Of a stretch of 64,000 bases of DNA, positions 23,578 to 39,439 are shown one piece after another. The position numbers were made by a program, and so were the translations under genes. This DNA is from Phallusia mammillata. Its lineage: Eukaryota. The stretch is taken from NCBI GenBank assembly GCA_965637545.1, contig OZ281497.1, positions 1,054,001 to 1,118,000 of the forward strand, written 5' to 3'. How positions within the stretch are numbered: the stretch's first letter is position 1; each line of letters begins with the position of its first letter. The notes beneath the pieces were generated by a model. The model made no database searches. It was given only the letters and a program-made list of their open reading frames with translations, and was not told the origin of the DNA.

Positions 23578-26299
23578 ATGCCCACAGTGATTGCAATTGA
23601 CTGTTCGTTTTCCTTGAGCCAGTTATCAAACACTTCTGATGGAAATTCAGTTTCGAAGTTAAAGCTTGCAGGAATTTGCTGCCTTGAGATTATTGAGCGT
23701 TTGTCTGAAAAACTAAATCTGGAGCATTTTGCTATTGTGTCATTTTCATCTAACGTCAATGTTATTTGCGACTTTACAAGGGATATTTCCCAGTTAAAAT
23801 CAAGCATTAATAAGGTACATGATCTACTTTCAGTTTTATGTATCGTTTATTCCACAATATAATTTGCCTTAAACAGTAGTTTATGGTCAGTTTTTACAAT
23901 ATGTTTTACAATGTTAATATTTTGTGATTTGTTTTAGTTAACGCTTGGAGACAAATCAACTTTCAGGCAATTTGTTTCAACCACCAACAAGTTCATCCGT
24001 AAGGAATGGGGTTGTATGCAGCCATGCAATATCATTGTCATAACAGATGGAAGATTGGATGGATTACAGGAAGCTTCACCACATGTAAGTCAGCCAAAAA
24101 AAACTGTTTTGTGTTCCTTTTGACCAAACCTGATAACAAATTTTGAGAAACCAATTTTAGGCATCTTCAAGTGCCACTGCACAACTGTTTGATTTCGACT
24201 GTCAACTTTATTTCTTGTGTCTCGAGACTGCTTCAAACATGAGAACAAGTGGCTGCTATGAGACTATGGAAAAAATCATGGAGCAAAACAGGGGTAAGCA
24301 TTTGAACATTTAAAAGCAAAACAATTCTCAGAATTACCAGTTTTATCTGCTGAAACAGAGCATAGTAATTATTTCCATTCCACTTATTTGCAAATTGCTT
24401 TTTGTTGCACTTAATTGCAAACTTATCATAGTTGACATGGTATTCTGGTTATCTGAGTCAAGCCATCAAAAGTTGCGATCCACTAAAACATTAACTGTCA
24501 AGACTTACAAATTTGGTGTTGATTAGGACATGGATCCATTCACACTCTGTTGAAATCCTACAACCAACTTCCATCTGATATTTTACCAACGATCAAGAAA
24601 TTTCTTGATGACAACTTTCAGTCATTCCACGCTGTGGTTCAGTGTGGAAGTTTAAAAACCAAGGTTTGTAAAAAAAACACTGTTCTTAAAATTTCCACAA
24701 CAAATGAGATTTTGTTGATTTTGTGGTGTAGGTCACACTGTATCCGAAAGTGAATAAGGTTGTCACTTATGATGAAGAGGAAGACTTTGAAGAAATTCTA
24801 GAAATTGTTGGATTTCTAAACATTTCAGATCTTGGAAATGCTCCAGTGACGTCAAGGTAACGTTTTACTGATTGGGTCATGTGTTCTATACAGGATTGGT
24901 CTTATATGGGTTCAATTTTGTGCTGTGCTGCAATCGTTTAAATATAGTTCACTGATGATGGCATAAGCATTTGCCGAAACGTTTGAACAATAAAGCATGT
25001 CGCTTTTTAAGTCTAGTTGGACCGTTATTTTCCTCATTAAACTTGATAATAGACTTCTGTATATTGCTTCGTTTTAAATATGTTGGACAGTAAATTACAT
25101 TAACTTGGTTTTTAATACTCAGTACTGGGAAGGAATTTACTTTAATTTTTTACATGTAGTTTATAAATAGGCACTTAATTAGCAGAAAATAACGTGTAAA
25201 GTTGATAATATACTCAATTGTACATGAACTTTTTATGGTTTAGCATTTACTATGTAGTCATAGAGGCATGAAAATGTTTTGAATTGTCATTGGGAGAAAT
25301 TATTTGAAAAAGGTTGGGAACTACCGCTCTAAGCAATGTGTGTTTCATACCTTTTTTTAAAAAAATTAACTTCTTTTTTAGACACCTTGTTTTACCCATT
25401 GAAGATAAGAACCCAAACGACAGCACAGCAACAAAAACTCAACCCTGCTTTACTGTGTTGCTGCATGGAAGTCTAAAAACTGAAAACAAAGTTGCATTAG
25501 TTCGAGTTGCAGCAAACTCATTTGGAATTATTTCATCGTGGAACGACAACAAAACAAAGTCCAACCTGGTACTTTCCCTTTTCACCCCAGGGTTCACTTG
25601 CGTACCCTGGTTGGGTGACTTCAGATATTTGGGTCCAGCATCATTATTACCTGTCCCTATGACGACCAAAAAAGGTGGGACCGATCTTCCGACATTTCCT
25701 GCTCAGAATCGGAAAGGCACCAAGCGAAGTTATGCCCAACCAACAGTGGCATGGACGCGGCCAACTGGTTTGCAAACTGATGTACAGAAAATATTAAGAA
25801 GTGTCAAGAAACTTCCAGAAAAGTCTCAGGTTAGAGTTTCTTCTGCCATAATGTTTCGCTGTTTAAATATTTTGTTTTTCCTCATTTATCAGTTAAAATC
25901 ACAAATCCTTTTTTTATATAATTCTCATGACAAATATGATTGGCCATATGGTCAACAAATGCAACATGCTCTATTGTGCATCACACTTTTTAAAACCATG
26001 CTACATTGTTATGTTGTCAAATTTATAGAGCTCTTCTGGCAATTGTTATTTTGTGTTAGGTGTTCTACAAAGATTTGAATAGATTAAGAAGAGCGGCGCT
26101 TGCATTTGGTTTTCACGAATTACTGGAAGGAATATCTCAGTTGTTAGAGAGGGAGTGTATACAACTGCCTGGAACAGCTCACCCCGAAGCAGCCCTACAA
26201 TTGTCCCACGCTGCCCGAGAATTAAAAGCTTCCGTTAACTTGGGATACGATTATAATCTCGAACCCCTAAAAACAGATTTCAAATTCCATAACAGATGA
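23578..26299 (+). CDS. INTS14: Integrator complex subunit 14 (VWA9)
   Basis: vWA start MPTVIAIDCSFSL, IIVITDG, and C-terminal KRSYAQ..W..PTGLQTDVQKILR..KLPEK / FYKDLNRLRRAALAFGF..ERECIQLPGTAHPEAALQLSHAA; seven exons with GT-AG junctions. Confidence 0.95.
24947..24988 (+). ncRNA. Minimal type I hammerhead ribozyme motif (Penelope-like-element type) in an INTS14 intron
   Basis: gttca-CTGATGA-t-ggca(taagcatt)tgcc-GAAAC-GTT-tgaac: 5-bp stem I, 4-bp stem II, palindromic ACGT helix III, followed by AATAAA at 24989. Confidence 0.8.
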
Positions 26300-26492
26300 T
26301 TGCTTCACAAGACAAAAAAAACTCGCAAAAATGTTGTATTCTGTTTTTTTCACATCACTGGATTGTAAAGTAAACCTTTATTGTGCCTGTACAACTACAC
26401 TCTGTTTTAATTTCTTGAATAATGTTGAATATGTACAACATGTTATTGGACTTGAATGCTATTTCAAACTTAAACTGAGTGATAGTTTAAAC

Positions 26493-26808
26493 CAGGGGCA
26501 TGCAATCTTTGTTACTGTGGGGCCAAATACAATTGCCAAAATTAGAGCGCGGGCCACACCTGGGTATAACACAAGGTGATTTTACTTTGTTGCATACCAA
26601 ATATGCTTAACTGCAATCAAAATTCGCATTTAATTTTTGCTACATATTGTCAGGTCGCAGTAAAATAGCATCAGATGCATTATTCTGCTAAAAATATATA
26701 ATAGTTTGACTTGTTTGCCAGTATATTTGAAATTCAAGCGTCACAGCGGGCCGCAGAACCTTTTTTCAAGGGCCGCATCTGACCCGGGCCGCAGGTTGCA
26801 CACACCTG
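26493..26808. mobile_element. hAT (Charlie-like) MITE family A
   Basis: TIRs caggggcatgcaa / ttgcacacacctg; perfect 8-bp TSD gtttaaac; internally homologous to 45443-45750. Confidence 0.9.
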
Positions 26809-26896
26809 GTTTAAACAAAACTAAGAAATTTTCTTATTATTGCACATTTTTTCAGACAAATTAGAAAAACATGACTTGACTGATTAAGCGATAAAT

Positions 26897-29800
26897 ATGA
26901 AACAGTTTCTAAAGCCAAAACTGCTGAGTCATGCTCGACAGCTAGCCAAAAATCAAAGACTCTCTGTCGCCACCTGGAATGCTCTTGCAGCTTCATTCAA
27001 CAACACTCCGCAAAGAAAATTTGATTTCTTTTCAAAAAATGTTGGATTATTTCAAGTCCCAGAATTGAAAAGTCCAGATGGATTCAAAAAAGCCAAGGTC
27101 AGTTGCGGAATGTTTATGTGTTTCAAAATATTTAGGCACAATTTATACAACAAGTCTGAAATCAGTTACTGTGTTAGTTTTTAAGCCGCAACATGTGTGT
27201 TTTTTAATGTTCAAACATAATTTTTACAAGATGTTGTTCTGTGTACATGAAATTTCATTTTTGTAAAATAAATACATGTTCAAACAGTTTAGAATAGAGT
27301 TCAGCCCCATTTAAGAGCTGCATAAAGCAAAGTCATTTTTACTATCCTAATAAATATTCTTGTAGGAGAATGCAATGCAAGAAGGTTGGAAGTTATTGGA
27401 CCGAGCAGTAAACGTTACACCGGGAGAAGAAACTGTCGTTTTGTTTGATGAATTATCCGACACTTTGTGCCGGTGATACTTTACACACATCTAGATCTAT
27501 ATGTTAAATTGTTGTTATCAAGCACCACCGTTCCTTAATACAAAAAAGCAGTGTAATTGTGGCAACATTGGTGAATGCGTTTAAAATTAAAACTGTACTT
27601 ACAATGTTTTTTATTCCCAGAGTTGCAGACCTTTCAGATTTTATCCGTTGTGCTCACCCAGACTCAGAGTTTTCCGAGGCTGCAGCGGATGCACATCTTG
27701 GGATTGGGACCATGGTTGAAGAACTGAACACTCACATGGATCTGTACAACTGCATTAAGAATGTGACAGAAAACAAGAATGTGATGGAAAGGTGCAGTGT
27801 TAATTGAGTTGAGTTGAGTTTATTTCGCTTGGTGAAAGACAACATAGCAATCACCAAGCCAGTGCAATTGTGATTGTTTAGTGCAATTGTGTTGCGATGT
27901 GTTCTTTCACCAAGCGAAATAAACTCAACTCAAGCCGAAAATAGCTGCGTTAAACGTTATGGAGCGCATAAAAGGGGAGGGCACAATTGGTGGATAATGG
28001 CTGAACGAACTGCAGCTACACCTTCATTACAAGGCGTTAAGCGACTGGGGCTCACAAGATAGTGAGGTTGGCGCATTGTGAGTAGTTATAATTGATTAAT
28101 TGGAAAAAAATGTACATGCAAAGGGAAATTGTGAAAGTCAATGGCACCTAAATTGTTGTTTAAAGTTTTACTCCAATATCAAAGGGCATAAATCTGATTA
28201 TTTAGTCAAAAAGTAAAATGTTGCAATCGAATAAAGACCATTATTGTTAATGTACGGCACAAAACATCACACAAACAATCATTGGGAGAACTTGGTGATA
28301 AACTTTAGTGGAAAACTGCACCAATATTTAAGAACCACTGGTTTACAATGAAGTTTGCATTAAATGTGTCCAACCCATTTGTTTAGCTTGGATGTTGAAA
28401 CACAAACTGTGGCAAACCTGTTCATGTACGATTTCAAAATCAGCGGAATCCATCTAGATCACGAACAGCGGCAAAAAGCTGTTCAACTTCATGAGGAAAT
28501 TCTTCAGCTAACTTCAACATTTCTGCAGGTAAACCTTTTCTGTTTTTAGGTTCATTGTTTTGGCGAATAAAAGCATAACAATCCATTTAAACATTGTCTT
28601 GGTGTCTAGGAGATTTTTAGTGCTTTGGGCAATGTAAGTTTCTTTCTTGTTTTGAATACTTCGTACTCTGATAGAAAAGTAATTTAAACCAGTTTACAAT
28701 TTAAATCAGCATTTCAATTTGATATTTGAAAAAAAAACGTGTGCCCAAAAAATTAAATGTTTAAACTGCAACGAATTCATTTGCCAAACAAAGACAATAA
28801 AGACCAGCATATTGGGATTTTCAAATTACAACCAAAATTAACATAATTTGCAGATATGGCTTGGTGCAAAAAGTTGCAAACAACTTAATATCTTTCATCA
28901 GAAAGTTCAAGTCATTTTAGTCAAATTTCTATTTGTTTTAGCAATCTTAATATCTTCCAACAGAAAGTCATTTTAGTTCAAAAGTTCTTTGTTTTAGCAA
29001 TCACATTCTCCTGTGGCATTTCCCAAATCTGACCTTCCGGATGAATTTCACTCACGATTCAAGCAGGTCGGCGACAACCTTGTTATATCGAGTCTCCATA
29101 GCGACAGTGCAGACGAGGTCATCAGAGAAGCATCATATCGATTATATTATTATACAAACCCTGAAACTGAAGCCACTTTGTGCAGGTTGGTGAAATAATA
29201 AGCCTTTTTACATGGAGCATTTAAGCGTATTCGATACACATTTCTCTCGTTTTCGAAAAAGAAAAACGGCAAAGCGTATTAGACTTTTTCGATTCTCGAT
29301 GCGTTTGGCACAGGTGGTTTGAATACGCTTAGGCGCTAATACGCTTAGGAGAACTCTTTTGTGAACAGTAGGTCAACTTGAAACAATATATAGTTTGTTT
29401 AATTTGGTGCCGAAAATAACGAGGAAATATGTGGTTAATGCTAAACATACGTTCCATACTCCAAGTTGCATATTTAAAGTTTTTCGTCCAACTGGTGCAA
29501 AGTTATACAAATTAGTCGTTTTTTATACATATAACCCACAAGAGACTCTAATGAAACAAATTTAATAGATTTGTACAGTCATATAAAGGAAATTTTTGAT
29601 GTGTTAAGCGGCCTTGTGTTTGTATATCACTTTACAATAACCACCATATCGTTTTTGCGCAAAGCTGAACACCTTGAATGCGATTCGGTTCGGCAGCCAT
29701 GTAATTTTATGCTTTAGCGAATCGAAATCGTGACGTCACACAATGCGCATCAATGATTCGATTCGCTCATGTAAAAAGGCTTACTGATTCAAATTTTTTA

Positions 29801-32800
29801 ACTTTCTAGACTGCAACATACAACAGCTGTGTAAAGTACTGATTTTTATCTGCTGAATTTTTTAACTTACAACTGACAACAACTGCACAAACTTGTAGTC
29901 TGCAACATACAACATATAAGCTATTGCTGCCAGGCAAAATATAAAGTTAGTACAGCTCTTCTGGCCAATTGCCAAAGTACTGATTTTTTTTCTGCAATTT
30001 TTTTAACTGACAAAAACTGTTTTTGTTTGTTTTCAGATTACTTGAAGCAAGAAATGAAGTTGCACAGCTGGTTGGTTTTCCAACTTTTTCACATCGAGCT
30101 CTTAAATCAACAATGGCCAAAAATCCACAGTCTGTCTACAAGTTTTTAAACACTTTGTCAGAGAGATTAAAACCTTTAGTTAAGGTATATATATATATGT
30201 TAGTGCTTTGCTAAGTTTTGCATTTTTCTATTTTGCTACCTGCCATGTAGTTTAAATAAGTATGTCCAAGTTGAATTAAATGTTTATTTAAATGACCGTG
30301 TCTTAAAATTCCCAACTTATTCATTTGTTTCAACATTGGCAGATTTTAATGGTAAAATTTAAGGTTCTTTAACACCCTAGTTTTGCATACTAATCAAATT
30401 TTGCTTTTATTTATCCTCATGCATAAAGTTAAAAAACTCAAGGTCTATGATTTTAAACAAATTTTGATTTCTGGTATTAATTGTTGTGTTGCAAATCCAG
30501 AAAGAATTGGATGATCTGAAATCATTCAAAATCAGTGAAACTCCTCTCAGCACAAGTTTTCAGCCATGGGATTTACATTATTATGTCAACAAGCTAAAAG
30601 AAAAAAAGTGAGTTGAAAGTTCGAATGAATTTTACAACATTGTTTAAGTAAACTCTTGTTTCCAGAGCTTTAATTGACCCCGTGCTGTACAGTTCATTTT
30701 TCTCTCTCGGGGATTGCATGAATGGACTCAGTGCTTTGTATAGTGTAAGTTAATTTCTTGCTTTGAATATTAAATGATACCAGTTCAACAGTTTTGCATC
30801 AAATTGCTGAAATCAAAAAATTAAATGTTTAAATACTGCAAAGATTTCATTTCCAAAGCAAAAAGGGCTAAAATTGCTAAGCCTTTTCTCTGTGTTTCGT
30901 AAAGACCAGGTCTTTGCCGTTTATCAAACTTGACCCCTTGCAGGAAAAAGTTAGATAACCACTGCTCTAGGGGGTCGACAAAGCCTAGGTCATTACCAGC
31001 TGCCCTACCTAGTGGTTACAAACTCTGGTTACAGATGTTTTGATTTGTGTCACAGTCTCTGTTTGGCGTGACACTGACAGCTGTTCCCGTGCAAAAAGGA
31101 GAAACATGGAACAACGACATCATCAAGTTAGCAGTCGTCCACCGCACTGAAGGAGTATTAGGACACATTTATTGTGACTTCTTTAACAGACCAGGAAAAC
31201 CACAACAAGACTGCCACTTCACTATAAGGTGGGAGATAGATTAAGTTTTAGGATCTAAACTCTTGTTCTGCCTCAATAAGTGCAAAGAATTGCTTATATC
31301 ATGAGCAATGTCAAGACATTAGCTCTTCGAGTCATGGAAACTAAACGCACTCTACATGCTACACTTCAAAAACAGCTTTATTTTGCACAATATTGTGTAC
31401 CCCAGCTTTTTAGCTGGTTAAATTTACTTTTTGTTTGGCAATAGCCACTGGCATAACATGGACTTGTTTCTTCACCAGTGGTTTCCAACCCTTATCCACT
31501 AATTCCTCACTTAACAATTAAAAACTTTTTCATTCCTCCACAATAGATGCTAAACTACACAAAGATCATTTAAACTCGCATCTTTTATCAAATTCATAGG
31601 TTATATTCCCAGAGCTTATGTGTCTGTTTACAAACCACATGTAAAAATTATTGTAAATCCCTCCACTCGGTTTAAAATTCCTCCCCAGTTATGAACCACT
31701 GTTATAAACAATCAGTGTGCTGTTGTTAATTATCCAATCTTGCATGATTTAACGCAGAGGAGGTCGTCGTTTGCGCGATGGATCCTATCAATCCCCGATA
31801 GTTGTCCTGATGCTCCATCTACCTTCTGCATCTTTCTCCCAACCTCCTCTTCTCACTCCATCAACTGTAAACAACCTCTTCCACGAGATGGGACACGCTA
31901 TGCACTCTATGCTTGCTAGGACTCGATATCAACATGTTACTGGCACTCGGTGTAGCACAGACTTTGCTGAGGTAAGCAATTTTGATCCTTCTACTGTTAA
32001 TTAATTGTAAGAGTCTGTAAAAAGTTTCGAATACCTCAAGACATAACTACAAAACACTTCTGGTTTTGTTTTTACTATTTTACATTTTTATGGCAAACTT
32101 ATCCCCTCCCAAAATGTGTTTTTGATATTGGTTTTCCTTTTTTATTTTCTAAGCTATCCCTTGTGTATTTGTGAGGGTTTTATGTAGTATGGTAAAACCA
32201 TTGGTTTGCAAACAGTACAGTTTTTATTTCAGATGTCAATTAACACAACACTATAAAAACTTGCATCTGTGAGGCAGTTATTAAAATTTTACAAGCCTTA
32301 TTCAAACATTGCTTCCTATACCATATTATTTGTACATGACCAACCCCAAACCTGATCCTTTTTCAGGTACCATCAGTGTTAATGGAATATTTTGCAATGG
32401 ACCGCAGAGTTTTATCGTCATTTGCGAAACACCACAAAACCAGAGAAACCCTCCCACTTGAAATGATCAACAAATTATGTCATGCTGACAAACTGTGTGC
32501 CACAAGTGAAATGCAAACTCAGGTACTTTGACCTAAAAGTAATTAACTGTTTGTAATGACAGAAGCATGAATACCCTTTTGTTTTGTTTTTTAACGATTT
32601 TTGGTGCAAAAAGACTTTAGCATATAAAAGCTTCAAGCCATACATGTTCAACTGCAAAGCACACTGTTTTGACCTATTAGGTTTCATTATTTCCCAGACG
32701 GTTGTTTGGGCATTGTGAACCAGTTCTTGTGTCATTAATGCCTAGTTGTGGCACCCGACAGTTTGATGAGACATTGCTTTTCAGCTTGTTAACCCCAACA

Positions 32801-33759
32801 AACTGGAGTGCCGTATGGTGACTACATTAGCTCATGCCTTATAGGTTGAAACAGTGTGCACTGTCGGTGACAATCTGAATATTATCCACCCAACTCCCAG
32901 TTAATTACTACATGTTGTTTAGGTATTTTATGCACTTGTCGACCAACATTTTCATGACGACTTCAAACCTGGGATGACTACTAACCAAGTGGTCGATAAA
33001 GTGAGTGAAGTTTTGGAGCTGTCTGTTTGTACAGCACTTTTGTAAGAGACAAGGCATATAAACACTTAGCGAGCGTTTTTTGGAACAAACCTCTTGGTTG
33101 AAAATACTCCAATGTAAGAATATGTACATAAATAGGACACAATATCTACATTTACAAATAACACCCCTTTAGACTACGTTTATAAATAACATGCATGAAG
33201 GGCTGGGTACATGGTTTTTGAAGCGTCCAATATGTTTACATTTGTTTTAGAATAACTACATATTTTCACTTAATTTAGGGTGACTGTTTTTTTGTTCCAG
33301 GTTCATGCAGATCACTACTTTATGCAAGCTGTCCCAAACACTTCATGGCATTTGCGCTTTCCTCACTTTGCAAGCTACGGTGCCAAATATTATTCCTACC
33401 TTATGTCAAGAGCTGTTGCCTCAAGAGTGTGGAACAAGTGTTTTAAAGATGATCCATTCAATAATGAAATGGGACAAAGATACAGGTATTGCAACTAAAC
33501 AAGGTGTTTCTGTATTGGCTGAAAAGCAGGCGACATACAGAATGTAATCACTTAAAACAAGCGCTTTAAAATTGCTTTTTTTACTGGGTCGATTCAACCA
33601 AACTGTGTTTTATCAAATATTTTCATTAAACTTTTCAGATCAGAAATGTTATGTCACGGTGGTGGAAAAGATCCAGCTTTAATGTTTGAATCGATGTTGC
33701 AAGAAGATTTCAATTTAGAAAGTCTCGTCGATACTTTGATTATTGATAGCCAATCATAA
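26897..33759 (+). CDS. MIPEP: Mitochondrial intermediate peptidase (M3 family)
   Basis: Basic presequence-like N-terminus, [61 protein letters not shown] (HExxH), [24 protein letters not shown]; stop TAA 33757-33759. Confidence 0.97.
27804..27933. repeat. Two inverted copies of the AATAAA(CTCAA)n-tailed short repeat forming a hairpin
   Basis: ttgagttgagtttatttcgcttggtgaaaga and tctttcaccaagcgaaataaactcaactcaa are exact reverse complements (~31 bp). Single copies lie at ~991-1050, 4244-4301, ~7733-7762 and 9242-9306. Confidence 0.85.
29201..29781. mobile_element. MITE with 14-bp TIRs (PIF/Harbinger-like or TA-targeting)
   Basis: agcctttttacatg / catgtaaaaaggct flanked by TA (or TAA/TTA depending on end placement); CpG-rich interior with repeated aatacgctta / gattcg motifs. 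Confidence 0.7.
31476..31701. mobile_element. hAT MITE family B
   Basis: Ends cagtggtttccaac / gttatgaaccactg; interior is the reverse complement of 56630-56837; TSD degenerate. Confidence 0.75.
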
Positions 33760-34497
33760 CATGTTCTGCTGTGTTTGTTATTCGTTTTAAAGATGGAAGG
33801 CATAGAAAATACAGATGTCCATGTTACCCATGTCTGAGAGTGGAATGCATAGATTTACACAGACAAAAAAAGTTGTTTATCTGTCAAAGCTTTATCACTT
33901 CACCATTTCATTACAAACCGTATCCTACTATAGAGCTTTGTTTCCTTGAGCAAGAACTTTGAGTGACATTTGGTTGCAGTGAATTAAAATCACTAATTTC
34001 ATAAAGATGCAAAACAATAACAAACGTATGTTGTGAGCTTTACACATTCATGCAATATTCCCCCCAGGTGGCAAAAAGACAGATACACCCAAGAAAAATA
34101 GCAAATGTTAGAAACATGAGCATGAAAACGTTTGCCAAATAGAGTTACAATTGAACAGAATCATCTGAACCCGGTGGGTGGTGAACATATAGTCAAAAGT
34201 ACGATGGGTTCAAAACATAGCAACACTGTGTTAAACAAATTCTGATTTGAACCAAAACACAGGATTGCACTGCATCAAAGTCTACATAAAACAGTTGTCT
34301 AACTTGCGTATTTTTTCCTGTACCCACTGTATTACTTTGGACACAAGATGGCATCCATGAGGCTCTATCGTGTAACAATGGTTTGGATTACTTTTCTTTT
34401 ATTGGCCTCACACCGCATGGCAGTTAACTTGGCCCAAAACTCAAAAACAAATGGGCCAATGCAGATTTCATTCGGTAGTTCCCATTTTAAATTTGTA

Positions 34498-35575
34498 TCA
34501 CCACAAAAGCTTTTTGTTCCTGCCCGTTTTTTTGACACCATCAGGTTTCTTTTTATTGTTTTTTCTTTCCTCTCTCATCCTTTTCATTTGTCTTGTGTTC
34601 ATCCATGAAGGATATTGTCCGTGCTCATCAAGGAGTGTCTTCGGATTTCGCTTTGTATCTATATTCATGTTTCCGCCTTCATCTAAAATGCAGCATTTTT
34701 CACATTGAGAAAATAGTTTTAAAACACCAGACAAGCTCAAAATCATTGCTAACTGTAGGGACGCGAGGTAGGTAACGTTTCTGTACATTTGCTCCAACTG
34801 ATGCAAAAAAACACTGAGCAACTGCAAATCTGAGTTTGCTTTCTGGCTTCAAACTGTTGGTTATGGAGTTGGCAAGAATAGGTTCGCAGTGACAAACGTT
34901 TGTGATCATAGTTACGACAGCAAAAAAGGCAATGTGTTCAGTTTTGAATTCTTAAATTTTAAATTCCTTGATCTTTGGAATAGAGAGGCAAAAGATGTAT
35001 TTCTGCCTGTGGGTTTCAAACAAACAGATGGTGTATTTAGCTATTTGTGACCGAGCATCTAAAGTAATAACATTTGGTAGTAAGCATCTTAACATGGTCC
35101 ATATGGTATATATTTTTAATACGACTAATTAGTTAGTTACAACTACTTGGAAACACTTCGTATTATTCTGCAAATTTATGTGTCTAATGTGATTTATATG
35201 TTGTTGTAAGATTTGCATATTCATATTCAAGTGCGGTGTTTCAAAAAATGTTTTGTTTTTTTTTTGCTGAACATAATCTACCAGTTATAGGCACATAAAA
35301 ATTTACGTACATGAAATTAATCACATCTAATTTATGGATATATTGCAAACCAGCAAACCTGTTTGTTGTTCTTCCATCTTTGATTTTTCCTTTTCTTGCT
35401 CTCTTTCTTTTTGTCGGAGTTCAATTTGGGCGAATTTGCACATATCTTCTGTTAAGTTAATCTTTCCATGGTTCTTTAACGTTTCTTTCAATTTCACCAA
35501 AACACGTTTTTCGTTCTTCTCCCGTTTAATGGCGCGCATTTTACGCCTCCATTTACTTCTTAAACTTTTAGCCAT
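34498..35575 (-). CDS. LLPH: Protein LLP homolog
   Basis: [15 protein letters not shown] (exon 1) and [25 protein letters not shown] (exon 2 from 34682). Confidence 0.95.
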
Positions 35576-36871
35576 CGTTTAAATAGTTTTATTGCCAAAA
35601 AACGTTACTACTTTGCTGTTAAGCTCGAAATTTTAGTGAATACAACTTTACATTAAAAAATTCTGAACCAAAAACCACGTTGGCAAATTATTTTTAATCC
35701 AGACCAACAGGGTTTTTATTTTTTTCGGGGCGCGTTTTTCATCGGTTAAAAAGCTAACTACGGTATAATAGGCCTTGGAGGACATGTCCTCCTTTTTAAC
35801 AAAAATCAAGTTGTCCTCCGAGGACAAGAAAAAAAAGTGCCCGAATGTCCTCCTTTTTAAAGAATTTCTGATTTACCAAATTCATATGTGACAATTATGT
35901 CTGTAAAAACAGCCAAATATACACCTTTGGCTTACTTTTAAAGGATACAGATGGATTTTACCTTTTTTTGGAAAATACAAGCTTACTTTAAGTGATAAAA
36001 GTTAAACTTTATCCGAACAATAATTTAATACCATCTAATTTCTGAGGCTTTTATTTTTTTGGGAGTATTTTTTCATGTTTTTTTTTTCAACAATGTGTCC
36101 TCCTTTTTGGGGATGGAAATATGTTAGGCCTAATCTATAATAGCTATGTTTCCTTCACTTTCTTTTAATCTGCAACAACCACCAGCCTTTTCAAGTAACT
36201 GTATTTACTCAAATATTATCACCCATTGTCAAAGAGAAACCATCCTATTGCAAGAAACTAAGGCAAAAATATTGCAAAGGGAATGATAATTTCGCTCCGA
36301 CATTTCTGGAAATATGACACAATACACTAAACAGGACATATGACACAAAACACTAGTAACATATGAGAACCATTGTTCTCAATGTACATACAGGGTTCAT
36401 AAATATACTGGCTCGCGCATTTCATTGTAAACTTTTTCACATCAAACGGAAAAGATTTGCTAAACTGAAACAATGAAAGACTGAAACAAACAATGAAAGA
36501 GTGTCAGCAGTCGTGCACATAGTGGCTACATGTAGCAGCATCAAACTAATTCAAATTTATATAGTCTTTAAATACAGCTTATGACAGTTTAAACACATTA
36601 AGGCTAAACTTGGAACTATATGAGCAGAATTAACCATATAAAACATATTTTTCATACACAGACAAGCTTTAGAAAATGAGTTTTCGTTCCATGACATTTT
36701 AACCAGTATTCACCAACCTATGAGTCTATGAGCACCCAAGCAACAAAATGTACAGAAATGGTTGAAATGACACATGAGAATGTTATTGTGATGTTTTTCC
36801 AGATAAGGAAGCTTGCAAATTTTTGCCTTTTTCCACATAAAATGTAAATGATGCTGACAATAAAGTTTTGA

Positions 36872-39147
<2,276 letters not shown>

Positions 39148-39439
39148 GATGTGATCAACAATGAAATTCCAACCAAGATTATGATTTGTAAAAACCAAAG
39201 CAGCCGCTATGGCAATCTATCTTACAAGGTAGTTTTGTCAGTAGAAATTTTTAACCTAAACTTAAAACCCAGTTACTTTGGACAACCACCGAATTTCTAA
39301 CATAAAATAAATCGTAGCTTTGCAAGGTCTAAAAACACACCAAGAACTGACATTTGAAAGAAGTATCTTACCAGAAAGAAGAAATAAAACTGCCTAAAAT
39401 ATAAAACGTCAAAACACAAGCTTCGCGACACGACACCAA

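Noticed and set aside
34750-34920. Possible H/ACA snoRNA in the LLPH intron (AAAGCA ... hairpin ... ACA)
   Set aside because: The first hairpin and the upper stem of the second are too weak to support by eye.
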